From assembly GCA_002104905.1 (NCBI GenBank), contig MCFE01000026.1, positions 124,001 through 188,000 of the forward strand: a stretch of DNA of 64,000 nucleotides. Direction: 5' to 3'. Position numbers and translations under genes: made by a program. Source of the stretch: Basidiobolus meristosporus CBS 931.73 (taxonomy: Eukaryota > Fungi > Basidiobolomycota). Below the pieces are notes generated by a model that saw only the letters and a program-made list of their open reading frames with translations, was not told where the DNA came from and did no database searches. Shown in pieces: positions 1 through 10,933 of the stretch (within the stretch, counting starts at the first letter, position 1; every line of letters starts with the position of its first letter).

Positions 1-325
1 ACAGGGGCTTCATAGAGGGGACTCTTTCAGCAGAAAAGTGGTAGTTTCTTGTAGAACTTAGACTTTATTCTTGTGAGCTTTGCAGTCTCCTTACTTATGT
101 AGTACTGATCAAAGTCAGAATACTCAACAGTGAAAGTGATGCCGGGGATGTCTTAAAACATTTAAGCTTGTAATTGTAGTGTGGAGATTCTGGAAAGAGA
201 GGCACTCCTTTATTTTTCAGCTGGGGAAGTCACATATATGAAATTTCTGTAGGATCAAAGTTTTTGGGCAATTGCGCAAGCAATACACATGATACAAATC
301 TAAAACTTTGCAGCAAAGCAGACCA

Positions 326-694
326 TGTTGCAATTTAAGAGGTGATTTGGATATAAGGAACTTATCAAGAAATAGTGATAATAGTCAAACTGTTGTTAAT
401 TACTAAAGAAGCTCAGTATTTATACCTTTGTAGAAGTAATACAGCTGTTGCACTAAGTAAGGAGGGTTTCTCAATATTCAGGAGCATTCTGTAACAGTTT
501 TAGGGTTAATACATAATAGCTGGTATTAGTGCTAATTTGATCCTGACTATAGAGGAATATTCATAAGATCATAGATCTGAAGAAAGTGACAAAGTTGGAG
601 CTATAAATTAGTCCCACAGTGATGAATACTAGTCCAGAATTGTTAAGTAAATTTTTAGCTGCAGAATGATACCAAATAGTCCAATATTTCAACA
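326..694 (-). repeat. 3' LTR of copia A copy 1
   Basis: Direct repeat of 4642-5010, with roughly 20 differences by eye; adjacent polypurine tract GAGGGGGAG on the minus strand. Confidence 0.95.
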
Positions 695-3600
695 CTCCCC
701 CTCAACTAAATAATTTCTTAATCCTAATTCCTCTTGAAGATTCTCAAGTTCTGGCCTAGCTAGTGATTTTGTCAATATATCTGCCACCATTTTGTTAGTT
801 GGGCAGTACACTAAATCTACTAAGTTATCTTCTACAGCTTCCCTCACAAAGTGATGCTGTATATCAATGTGCTTAGTTCTGGCATGATTAGTAGGATTTC
901 TAGCTAATGAAATACAACTTTGATGATCCTTGTAAATACATGTTGGTTCATCTGAATTAAAACCTAAGTCTTTGAATAATTTTTGTAGCCATATAGCGTC
1001 CTTGGTTGCTTGACATGCAGCCATATATTTGGCTTCAGCTGTAGATAGGTCCACAGCTGGTTGTTTCTTGCAATTCCAAGTAATAGCTGCACCAGCATAA
1101 AGAAATACATAGCCTGTGGTAGAGCATCTGTGAATTGGATCCCTACCCCAATCTGAATCATTATAACCATCAAATTTTTGCCTATTAGCTGCTCCAGAGT
1201 ATTCCAGTACCATATTTGTGGTACCTTGTAGATATCCGAAAATCTGCTTAACTGCTGCAATTTGATCTGATCCATAATTCTGCATGAATTGACTGTCTAT
1301 TCCAACTGCCACTGCAATATCAGGATGTGTAGGCACCATCAAGTACATTAGGATACCAACCATTGATTGATAGGGAAAGTTTTGGTCCATATTTGAGCCG
1401 TTTTCATCAAATACTGGCTGAGATTTGCTTAATTTCAGGTTGTTGTCCATAGGGGTAGCTGCAGGTTTGCAGTTTTCCATTTTGAAGTCTCTAAGAATGT
1501 CCCTGATGTACTTAGACTGCTTCAGCACAATTTTCTGCGTAGGTATGTCAAATTTGACCTCAATTCCAAGAAAATAGCTCAATTTTCCAAGATCTTTCTT
1601 CTCAAACTTGCTGAAGAGATCTGATTTTGTCTGTATTAGTGCCTCTTGGTCATTTGAAGCTATAATTGGGTTGTCCACATAAAGAACCAGGATGATCACA
1701 CCCATTTTGAGCTGTTTCACATATATACTGTGATCTGCAGTGCTACAAGAGAACCCAGTTTCCTCTAGATATGTGTCAATCTTTTTATACCATGCTCTAG
1801 GTGCCTGCTTAAGCCCATACAACAGTTTTCTAAGTTTGCATACCTGATAGGGTACTTTTGGATCGGTAAAGCCTTCTGGTTGCTCCATATATATAGTTTC
1901 TTGCAAATCCCCATTTAGAAAGGCTGTTTTGACGTCCATTTGGTGTAGATGTAGACTGTGTACAGCTGCCAGGGCTACAACTGTCCTAATTGAGTTAAAC
2001 TTGGCAATCAGAGCAAATGTTCCCTATTTTCTAGCCCCTTGATCTGGGAATAGCCTTCAGCCACCAATCTATCCCTGTACTTATCAATGGCACCATTTGA
2101 TGTTATCTTGATCTTGTAGACCCATCTACATCCTATTTGCTTTCTCCCATTTGGTAAATCTACCAGTTCCCACGTATTTGCCTTGATCAGTGATTGGCAC
2201 TACTCCTGCATAGCTTGTTGCCACTGAGTAGCATCTGGACTTTGCATTGCCTGTTCCAGATTCTGAGGTTTGGCACATAAGGCAAGATAAGCTTCTTCAT
2301 GCTCATTGGATGTCTGCCACCAGGATCCAAGGGCATTTCTTATTCTGGTAGATCTCCTAACTGGGATAATCTGTTCTGATCTGGAACTGGTAGAAGTATC
2401 TTCCATATCTGGCTGGATTTGGTATGTATCTTCTTCATTTGTGTTGATTGCATCATCAGGCAGCTGGCCAATGATTTCTGTGGTTCTCTGATCTGAATTC
2501 TCCTCAAATACAACATCCCTGCTCTTGATCAGCTTTTGAATTTCACCATCATACACTCTATACCCTTTAGTATTTTCACAATACCCAAGAAAGATCCCTT
2601 TCCTACTCTTTGGTTCCAACTTTGAGTGTTTTTTGTCATGGATTTGATAAAAGACATTACTGCCAGAGATCTTGAGATGCTGGAGATCTGGTTTTTTGCC
2701 TGTATATGCTTCAAAAGGTGTAGAATCAAGCAGTGCTGTTGTTGGGCATCTGCTCTTGATGTATACAGTGGTAGCAACAGATTCAGCCCAAAACTTGTAG
2801 TGCATTCCCTTATCATGTAGCATAGATCTTCTCATCTCTACTATTGTTCTATTTGCACGTTCTGCTACTCCATTTTGCTGTGGAGTATGAGGAACTGTGG
2901 TCTGTTGAAGTATACCAGTAGACAAGCAGTATTTTGCAAACTCCTTTGAGCAGTATTCTCCTCCATTGTCACTTTGTAGTACCTTCAATTTACACCCAGT
3001 TTGTGTTTGTGCCATGTTCTTGAAGTGCTTAAATGTCTCTAAAGCTTCATCCTTTGTTTTGAGGAAGTACACCCATGTATATCTTGTTTTGTCATCAATA
3101 AACATCATAAAGTATCTCTTGGCTCCAAAGGACAGTGTTTTCTTGGAGCCACATATGTCTTAGTGTACAATAGCCAATATTTTGGTGGTATTGATGCCTT
3201 GTGAGCTCTTGAAATGTTGCCTAGCTTGTTTGCCATATGAACATCCCTTACAAACATTCCATTTGATTGGAATTGAGTATTTTAGGCCCAAAACAAGCTG
3301 ATTTTTCACCAATTGGCCCATTTTCTGTTCCCCAATGTGTCCTAGCCTCCTATGCCATGTCTCCCAGTTGGTTTATCAGTTTCAGCAATGTTGACATACT
3401 CAGATACAATGATCTTGCATTTTAACTTGTATATATTGTGCTCCCTGATTCCTGAAGCTAATTTTTGTCCATTCTCACTCAATATTGAGCAGCTCATCTT
3501 AGTAAAAACAAATTTCAGTCCCTGAGCAGTTGCTTTACTGACTGAGAGTAGGTTCTTAGCTATTCCAGGTACATAGAGTACTTCAGTGAGTCTTGCTGTA

Positions 3601-4605
3601 GTTGCCCCTGAGCTATTACTCATATTTAGTTGTATAGACCCACTTGCGGTAGTTTCCAGAGCAGAGTTATCTCCCAGATAAACCTTTCTTACGGCAATAG
3701 TTTTTAAGTTGCTGAACCACTCCTTTATACCACAAATATGCTGTGATGCTCCAGAGTCAATATACTATTCATTACTTTGGTTACTTGCACTCTCTTGTAC
3801 AGTTACAAATAACTGCTCATCAGTAGTTATATGATTTGCCTGCTCTAGTTTCTGTTTTTTGTCTGCTTGTTTCTTCTTGCATTCTCTTGCCCAATGTCCT
3901 GGCCTTTTACATTAGTTGCAGCAACCAGGTTTTCTTTGGTTTTGTTGTTTTCCCTTCTATTCTGAGTGCCTTTCTGAGCTGAATAAAGCAATATCTTCAA
4001 TTTTCTCTGCTTGATCATTATGTCTGAGTTCTTCATGGAGAAGTCTTCCTTTAACATAGTCTAAAGTCAGGTTGTCTTCTCTGCTTTCAAAGGAAAGTGT
4101 GAGTGGCTCATACTTGTCTAGTAGGTTGCAAAGCAGACAGAGTATCTTTTCTTCATCATCTACACCAGCATTAATACTGTAAAGTTCTTCTGCAAGTGTC
4201 TCCATTTTGGTAATGAGTTGCAGCATGTCATCATCTGGTTTCTTTTCTCATGTTGAAGAACTTTTGTTTCAAATGAAGCTTGCTTGATACTAACTTTGCC
4301 CTAAAGATGGTGTCTAAGGAATCCCATGCTGCTTTGGCAGTATTTGAGGCATGGACTTGTCCAATGAAGGAATCTTGCTCATTGATACATATGGAGTTAT
4401 AGGCCTTTCTCTCCTTCTCATGAAACTTCTCCACTACTTCTGCTGTTCCTTTGGGCTCAACTTCTTTTCCTGTTATTATATTCCAAAGCTTCCTTTCCTC
4501 ATGGTGGATCTGCATCTTGATTCTCCAAAGTCTGTAGTTCTTTCCATCAAACCTCTCCTTTACAGGAAAGATGTTTGTGTTGTACTGTTTGCTGGTAAAA
4601 GTCAT
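689..4605 (-). pseudogene. copia gag-pol, frameshifted
   Basis: ORF pieces 4231-4605, 3957-4226, 3342-3623, 2200-3108 and 689-1939 are collinear with the single-frame gag-pol of copy 2 (16024-19941). Confidence 0.93.
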
Positions 4606-4641
4606 CTTTAAAACAGATTAAGGCAATTGGGGCTCATAAAC

Positions 4642-5010
4642 TGTTGCAATTTAAGAAGTGATTTGTATATAAGGAACTTATCAAGAAATAGTGATAATAG
4701 TCAAACTGTTGTTGATTACTAAAGAAGCTCAGTATTTATACCTTTGTAGAAGTAATACAGCTGTTGCACTAAGTAAGGAGGGTTTCTCAATATTCAGGAG
4801 CATTCTGTAACAGTTTCAGGGTTAATACATAATAGTTAGTATTAGTGCCAATTAGATCCTGACTATAGGGGAATAATCATGAGATCATAGATCTGAAGAA
4901 AGTGGCAAAGTTAGAGCTATAAATTAGTCCCACAGTGACCAAGACTAGTCTAGAATTGTTAAGTAAGTTTTTAGCTGCAGAATGATACCAAATAGCCCAA
5001 TATTTCAACA
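4642..5010 (-). repeat. 5' LTR of copia A copy 1
   Basis: Matches 326-694; followed on the minus strand by PBS GTTTATGAGCCCC and the gag ATG at 4605. Confidence 0.95.
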
Positions 5011-5285
5011 GATCAGACATAGGTGTAGCACCTGTTAGAACTTCATGTGATTTGATTGGCTGGTTTGAAAGTTACATGCAATCAAAGTCACCATAGTAAC
5101 CCTAGCCATAGAGACCTAGTATATATAATTGGACTCTTTTGGTCATAACTACTCATTTGCTGACTAATGCTACTGATTTCATAGATAATACTGATATACT
5201 AATAACCTAAATATATACTAATTGATTTGACTAAAAACTGATCTAACTTAAACATTCAAGCGGCAGATCATAACATTCTCCCCTA

Positions 5286-8200
5286 CTAAAGTTGAGAGGG
5301 TTCTCCTGAATCTCTTTTCTTGTGATACCAATATCTTGATGGTTCAGTATTATCAGCAAGTCTTGCAAGCTTGAGTCTGTCCCTATGCACTAAGTCTTCC
5401 CGGATATTACCTTGTTTGTCCACCAGTTGGTAAGTTGCAAATGGACATTCTCTGATGATCTTAAATGGTCCTGTCCATTGTGGCTCAAACTTCTTCCGAG
5501 TGTTGTTTCTTAGCAATACAAAGTTCCCAACTGTCAATGCTTCTGGTGCTATAGTCTTATCAAATCTCTGCTTCATCTTTTCTGCGCCTTGAGATACTTT
5601 GGGCTGTGCCTCTTGACGTCTTTGTTCCAGTTGCTGGTGTCTACTTGGCTGACTGAGTTCATCTTCTAAGGTGTCTGTAAGTTTTGGTTGTGTGAGATCT
5701 CCTGGAATCCTTGGTTCACATCCATAAACTAAGTAAAATGGTGATTGCTGGGTAGTGTTGTGTACTCTGACTCTGCATGCAAAGAGTGCTTGGTCTATAT
5801 ACTCATCCCATCTACTGACAACTCCATTTGCATACTTGGTCAGCATTTTTCCAAATAATCCATTGAACCGCTCAGTGACTCCATTAGTTCTGGGGTGATA
5901 AGCTGAGGTTTTCAAGTGTCTGATCTGCTGCATTTCCAGGTAAGCCTCTAATGTCTTTGCCATAGAGTTTGCACCTCTATCAGATAAGATCTCCACAGGG
6001 CACCCAAACTTCATCAGGATCTCATGGTAAATGAAACTTGCAACTTCTTGTTCACTGGCTATTGGTACAGCTTTAGCAACTGGCCATTTAGTGGCATGGT
6101 CAATTGCTACTAGGATCCAACGGTTGCATTTCCTGGTAGTTGGCAGTCTTCCAATAAAGTCAATTCCCCATCTCTCAAATGGTCTTACTGGCTCCAAAGG
6201 GAAGAGTTCGGCAATTCTTTGTGGCTGGCCTTGATTGATTTGGCAGTTTGGGCATGTTTTTACTAGCTTCTCAATGTCTTGTTTCATTCTGGGCCACCAT
6301 GCTCTGGCTTTTACAAGGCTATAGGTTCCTTCAATCCCAAGATGTCCATATCCATTGTGTAGCTTATGTATTAAATCCAGGCGAGCAACATAAGGACAAT
6401 AGGCAATAGGGCTTCCATCAACAATTTGGTAGAGTGTTTCATTCTGTACAACAAATTTGCTGGCTTCATCACAGATTATCTTCTTGATATCTTCATCCAC
6501 CTCATTAGGAATGGCTTGGTCCTCCAAGTACTTTGGTAATAGGCTAGGCCAATCTGATTCATGCACCAAGTTGAGTTGTGCAACTTGATCTAATCTTGAT
6601 AAGGCATCAGCAACCGTGTTGTTTTTTCCAGGACAGTAGACAATCTCCAGGTCAAATTGCTGAACGTATTCACTCCATCTTGTCATTCTTCTAGAGAGTA
6701 CCTTCTGAGTAAATATATACTTGAGGGAGGCATGATCAGTCTTCACAGTGCATTTGACTCCTTCAATATAGCATCTCCATGTCTTCAAACAGTGTATTAT
6801 AGCAAGCATCTCCTTCTCATGGACTGGATAGTTTTGTTCTGCTGACTTCAGTTTCTTGGATTCAAAGGCAACAGGGTAGTCCTTTCCCTTGTATTCTTGG
6901 CTCAGCACTCCACCAATTGCATAATCTGAAGCATCTGTGCATAGAGTGAACTCTTTTCTGAAGTCTGGTATTCTTAAGCTTGGCAACTTAGCAAGTTCAT
7001 TCTTTAGCGTCTGGAAGGCAGTCTCACAAGCTATGTCCCACTTGTAGGTATTGTCTTTCTTGAGGATATCAGTTAAAGGGGCTGCAATACTTGCAAATGA
7101 CTTGACAAATCTCCAATAATAGGAAACCATTGCAAGGAAGGATCTGAGTTCTGATATGCTATGGGGCTGCTTCAAATTCTTGATTACTTCCACCTTCTTG
7201 GGGTCTAAGGTTACTCCTGTGCTAGTCGCTATGTGTCCAGATATTCTACGTGTTCCTTGAGTAATTCACACTTGGCTAGCTTGCCATATAGCTTGTTCTC
7301 TCTTAGTTTCTTCAAGACCTTTTCAATGTGCACCATGTGATCCTTTTCTGTCTTGCTGTATATCAATATGTCATCCAGGTAGATTATCGCGAACTTATCT
7401 AAGTACTCCTGAAAGATAGTCTGCATCAGCATCATGAATGTTGCAGGGGCATTAGTGAGGCCAAAACTCATGACTAAGTACTCGTAATATCCATATCTGG
7501 TCCTAAATGCTGTCTTAGGAGTATCTTCTGGTTTTACCCTAATTTGGTTGTATCCTGACATGAGGTCAATCTTGCTGAAAATAGTGGCTCCATTAAGTTG
7601 GTCCAAAAGCTCATCAATCCGAGGTATGGGGTACTTCTTCTTGACGGTAACTGAGTTCAGGGCTCTGTAGTCAATGCACATCCTAAGTGTTCCATCCTTC
7701 TTTATCATAAAAAGCACTGGTGCTCCCCAGGGTGACTTGCTGTGCCTGATGTATCCTTGCTCCAATAGCTGATCAATTTGTCTCTTCATTTCCTCCAATT
7801 CCAATGGACTCATTCTGTAAGGTGTCTTACTCACTGGAGGGCTATTTCCTGTGTCAATGGCATGATCCATGTCTCTGACTGGTGGTAGGCTTACAAGCTC
7901 ATCTGGAAACACATCTGAATATTTCTTCAAGAGAGTCTGGACCTGCTGGGGTGCTGGGGTAGAGGAATCCTCCTGTAATACTGCCATGAGGAACATCTGG
8001 GTACCTTTTCTAAGTGCTCTACAGAACTGGGTCTTGCTAAGTTCACCTGTCTCACACACACTGGAATTGACCAAGTTGAAATCCAGCCTGGCAGGTAATA
8101 GCTCATAGGTCTTGTTGTCTTTTTGGATCTGAGTAGCATGGGTTCTCCAGTTGATTGATGGATTACGACAAAATAGCCAGGTTTTCCCAAGTACAAGGTC

Positions 8201-9418
8201 AAACTTGCAGTTCCCAAATATATAAGCCGGTAGGTCTTCTTCATAGTCATTGATCTTCATTCTTACTGGCTGGGTAATACGGTTGATTATGTGGGAGTTC
8301 CCATCAGCTGTGGAGACTGAAGTTGATTTGGTAGGTTCCAAGTTGATTCCAGCTTTCAAAGTAAATTGCTCTGACATGTACTCATGCGATGCTCCTGAGT
8401 CAATCATGATCTTGGCAGGTACTCCATTGATTACTCCATTCAAGTACAATAGCTTCCCTGAGTTTGAAGTCATTTGGGACAAGTACTCTTCTGTCATATG
8501 GAAGGTGAGTTCCAAGTCTTTTTCAAGCTCATCTTCCACATTACTGTGTTCATGGGACTCAATATGGTTGAAGGTTCTTGTTGGCTGGTGCCCATTTCTT
8601 CTCTGAGGGCAGTACTTAGCAATATGTCCCTGCTGGTGGCAATTGAAGCAAAGTCCTCTCTTCTTGCATTCTTCTGAGGAGGGATTCTTCTGCATAGCGT
8701 CTATTTGCATTGGTACTACTTCTGATTGCCTTCTTTCATAATGATTATAGCCTTTCTGATTAGTCACTGTAGGCTTCCTAACTCCAAACATAGCTGAGTC
8801 ATAATCTATGGCGATCTTGATGGCTTCTTCAATAGTCTGAGGTCTTTGGTATTTGACTTCCTTGCGTGTTCTTTCTTTCAACCCATCAATAAAGTATTCA
8901 ACTTGATCCAAGGGGCCCATTCTTTCAATTTGTCCAAGTAGACATCTGTACTCATAGATGTATTCTTGCACCATTCCTTTCTGTCTGAGTGTCTTTAACT
9001 TCCTTCTTAGTTGTGTCTGCTGGTGTGGAGGTTCAAAAGCATCCTGAATTTCCGACACAAACTCATCCCAGGTAGAGATTGTAGAGCATCCCATCATAGT
9101 GGCTGACCTGATCTTGTTGTGGTACCACTGTAAAGCTGCATCTGCCAGGTAAGAAGCTGCATAATGCAACTTGCTTTCTGGAGCAATTCCTTTAGCTTTA
9201 AAAGCTTCTTCAATCTGAAAGAGCCAAGTTCCCAGTTTTTCATTGACTCTGCCATGGTACCGGTTAACCTTCACACTAAAGTTGCTCTTGACAGTGCTTT
9301 GCTGGCTCTGAGCCATGGTAGTCATTCCTTGTTGCTGTTGGCTGAGGATCTGGAGTAACTGTTGCTGTTGGGCCAGGATTTGCTGCATGGCATTCTTCCA
9401 TTCTTGATTGTCCAACAT
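5286..9418 (-). pseudogene. gypsy gag-pol polyprotein, one ORF broken by a single-base deletion near 7235
   Basis: ORFs 7229-9418 and 5286-7193 join as [22 protein letters not shown] if one G is restored in TATCTGG(G)ACAC. No chromodomain is visible. Confidence 0.9.
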
Positions 9419-9476
9419 CTTGAGGGTGGTTTCTTCTTTCTTCAGGAGGGAGGTTTCTGGTTATTGCTGCTACCAA

Positions 9477-9844
9477 TGTTACAAGTCTTGGTGTAAGAGT
9501 TGTAGAGGAATAGGGAGTTTAGCTAGCATTGTATTCACTAAAACTTGAACTGATTTTTATTGAGGTTCCAGCAGCTCCTTTTATACATTTTGCCAGATCA
9601 GTTGCTGACTAATTGTATTTCCTAATGTAGGTTGTGGCTGATGACTCATTTGATTGCATCATCATCACCCAATAAGAACCTACTTAATATATCTATTTCT
9701 GTCTGATAAGGATCTGCTGATTCATTTGCTGACCAATGCTACTAATTTCATAGATAATACTGATATACTGATAACCTAAATATATACTAATTGATTTGAC
9801 TAAAAACTGATCTAACTTAAACATTCAAGCGGCAGATCATAACA
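9477..9844 (-). repeat. 5' LTR of gypsy E
   Basis: 368 bp with TG..CA ends; the last ~125 bp match 5150-5275 with about 3 mismatches. Confidence 0.9.
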
Positions 9845-10122
9845 CTGGAAGTAGGCATGATAAAGCACTCTGGGTACAGAATCATCCAGAATTCAGTCAA
9901 GGGGAGAAATGTGTGGCAGACTTAGCATATATAGGAGAGGATTGTAAGAGTTTAGGATGTCTTACAGCTTATAGGAAGCCAAGGAATGGTGTGCTTAGCA
10001 GGAAGCAGAAGCTCTACAATAAGATATTTAATCATTTCAGAGTGAGGGTAGAGCATACATATGGATATCTGAAGAGATTCAGCATTTTGGCAGGTAAATA
10101 CAGAGGAAAGTCATATAAATAA
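9845..10122 (+). mobile_element. DDE_Tnp_4-type transposase fragment (IS5/ISL2/PIF-Harbinger-like), C-terminal half
   Basis: Reads GSRHD...ADLAYIG...YRKP...RVRVEHTYGYLKRFSIL. It starts exactly at the gypsy E LTR junction. Confidence 0.75.
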
Positions 10123-10399
10123 GAAAAAGGCAGAATAGGCAAAATAGTTAAGATACTTATTGATGAAAGTATACTCATACAAGAAGACATCCACTGAGAG
10201 AAATGTATTTGGAGCATTATGAAGAGTAAATAAAGCAATGAAAGCACTATTCTGAGCAACATAAGTAAGATTGAGTAAAATTACCAGTGACTATATCCTA
10301 CTACTGGCATTATAGTAGAAGTTATAGTGCCAGATAGTGCCATAGAGTGCCAGATTGATCCAGCGTTATGAACAGACTGGCATTTTATGGCACTATCCA

Positions 10400-10933
10400 A
10401 TGAAACAATTTTATTAGACATCATACTATAAATGAAGCTATAAGGAATGACTTGGCTAACTTAGTTTAGAGTTCTACAGATGTATGGTTGAAGACATACT
10501 TGCCAAGCCATTAGCCAGAGACAAATTTGAATATCTCAGGCCAAAATCAGGGCCAGTCAGTATGCACATTTAGTTGAGTGGGGGTGTTGTAAAAACTTGT
10601 AACTCAATCTAAATAGTCACCTAATCTAGTAACTTAGATCATAACATACAAATCTTATAGAATGCTGATCAAATTTCATGTTGGGAATTACTTGGAATAT
10701 TCTCACCAAAATATCAGGCACCCAGAACATGAAAATTATTAAAGTTGTCCAAACAGCTGCAGACTTTGCACACATGGACCTGGGACCTTTTTAAACCTAC
10801 TTTATGTACTTTTTTTGCAAAGACCATGGGAAAATATAAATACTACTTTTACATTTAATAAATTGCTAAGTGAAAATTGCATAATCTACCTCTTCCCCCA
10901 GTCACTCCCAGTATTCCCAGGACTCTTACAACA
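10400..10933 (+). mobile_element. Truncated 3' end of copia family B (RNase H tail, PPT, LTR 10585-10933)
   Basis: Degenerate IRHH..EAI..L sequence matching 38300-38460, then GAGTGGGGG PPT and a 349-bp TGTTGTAAAAA...CTTACAACA LTR. Confidence 0.85.

Larger units (their letters stand above)
326..5010 (-). mobile_element. Ty1/copia LTR retrotransposon, family A, copy 1 (full length, decayed)
   Basis: LTRs at 326-694 and 4642-5010 (369 bp, TG...CA). TSD GACCA/GATCA. PPT at 695-703, PBS at 4629-4641. Gag (CX2CX4HX4C region), GAG-pre-integrase, integrase (FIDDKTRYTWVY, QQNGVAERANRT), RT (MDVKTAFLNG, LYVDN) and RNase H (KHIDIQHHFVRE) occur in copia order, broken by stops and frameshifts. Confidence 0.97.
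5011..9844 (-). mobile_element. Ty3/gypsy LTR retrotransposon, family E (near-intact)
   Basis: 5' LTR 9477-9844 (TG..CA). PBS TGGTAGCAG at 9467-9475, PPT at 5276-5288. 3' LTR ends at 5275. Gag ([14 protein letters not shown]), protease (IDSGAS), RT (YLDDILI), RNase H (TDASDYAIGGVL) and integrase (ERWGIDF, HPRTNGVTERFN) in gypsy order. The left boundary is uncertain. Confidence 0.93.

Noticed and set aside
1-325. Sequence left of copia A copy 1, with a partly open minus frame (DIPGITFTVEYSDF...)
   Set aside because: It is too short and has no recognisable motif; probably another TE remnant continuing outside the window.
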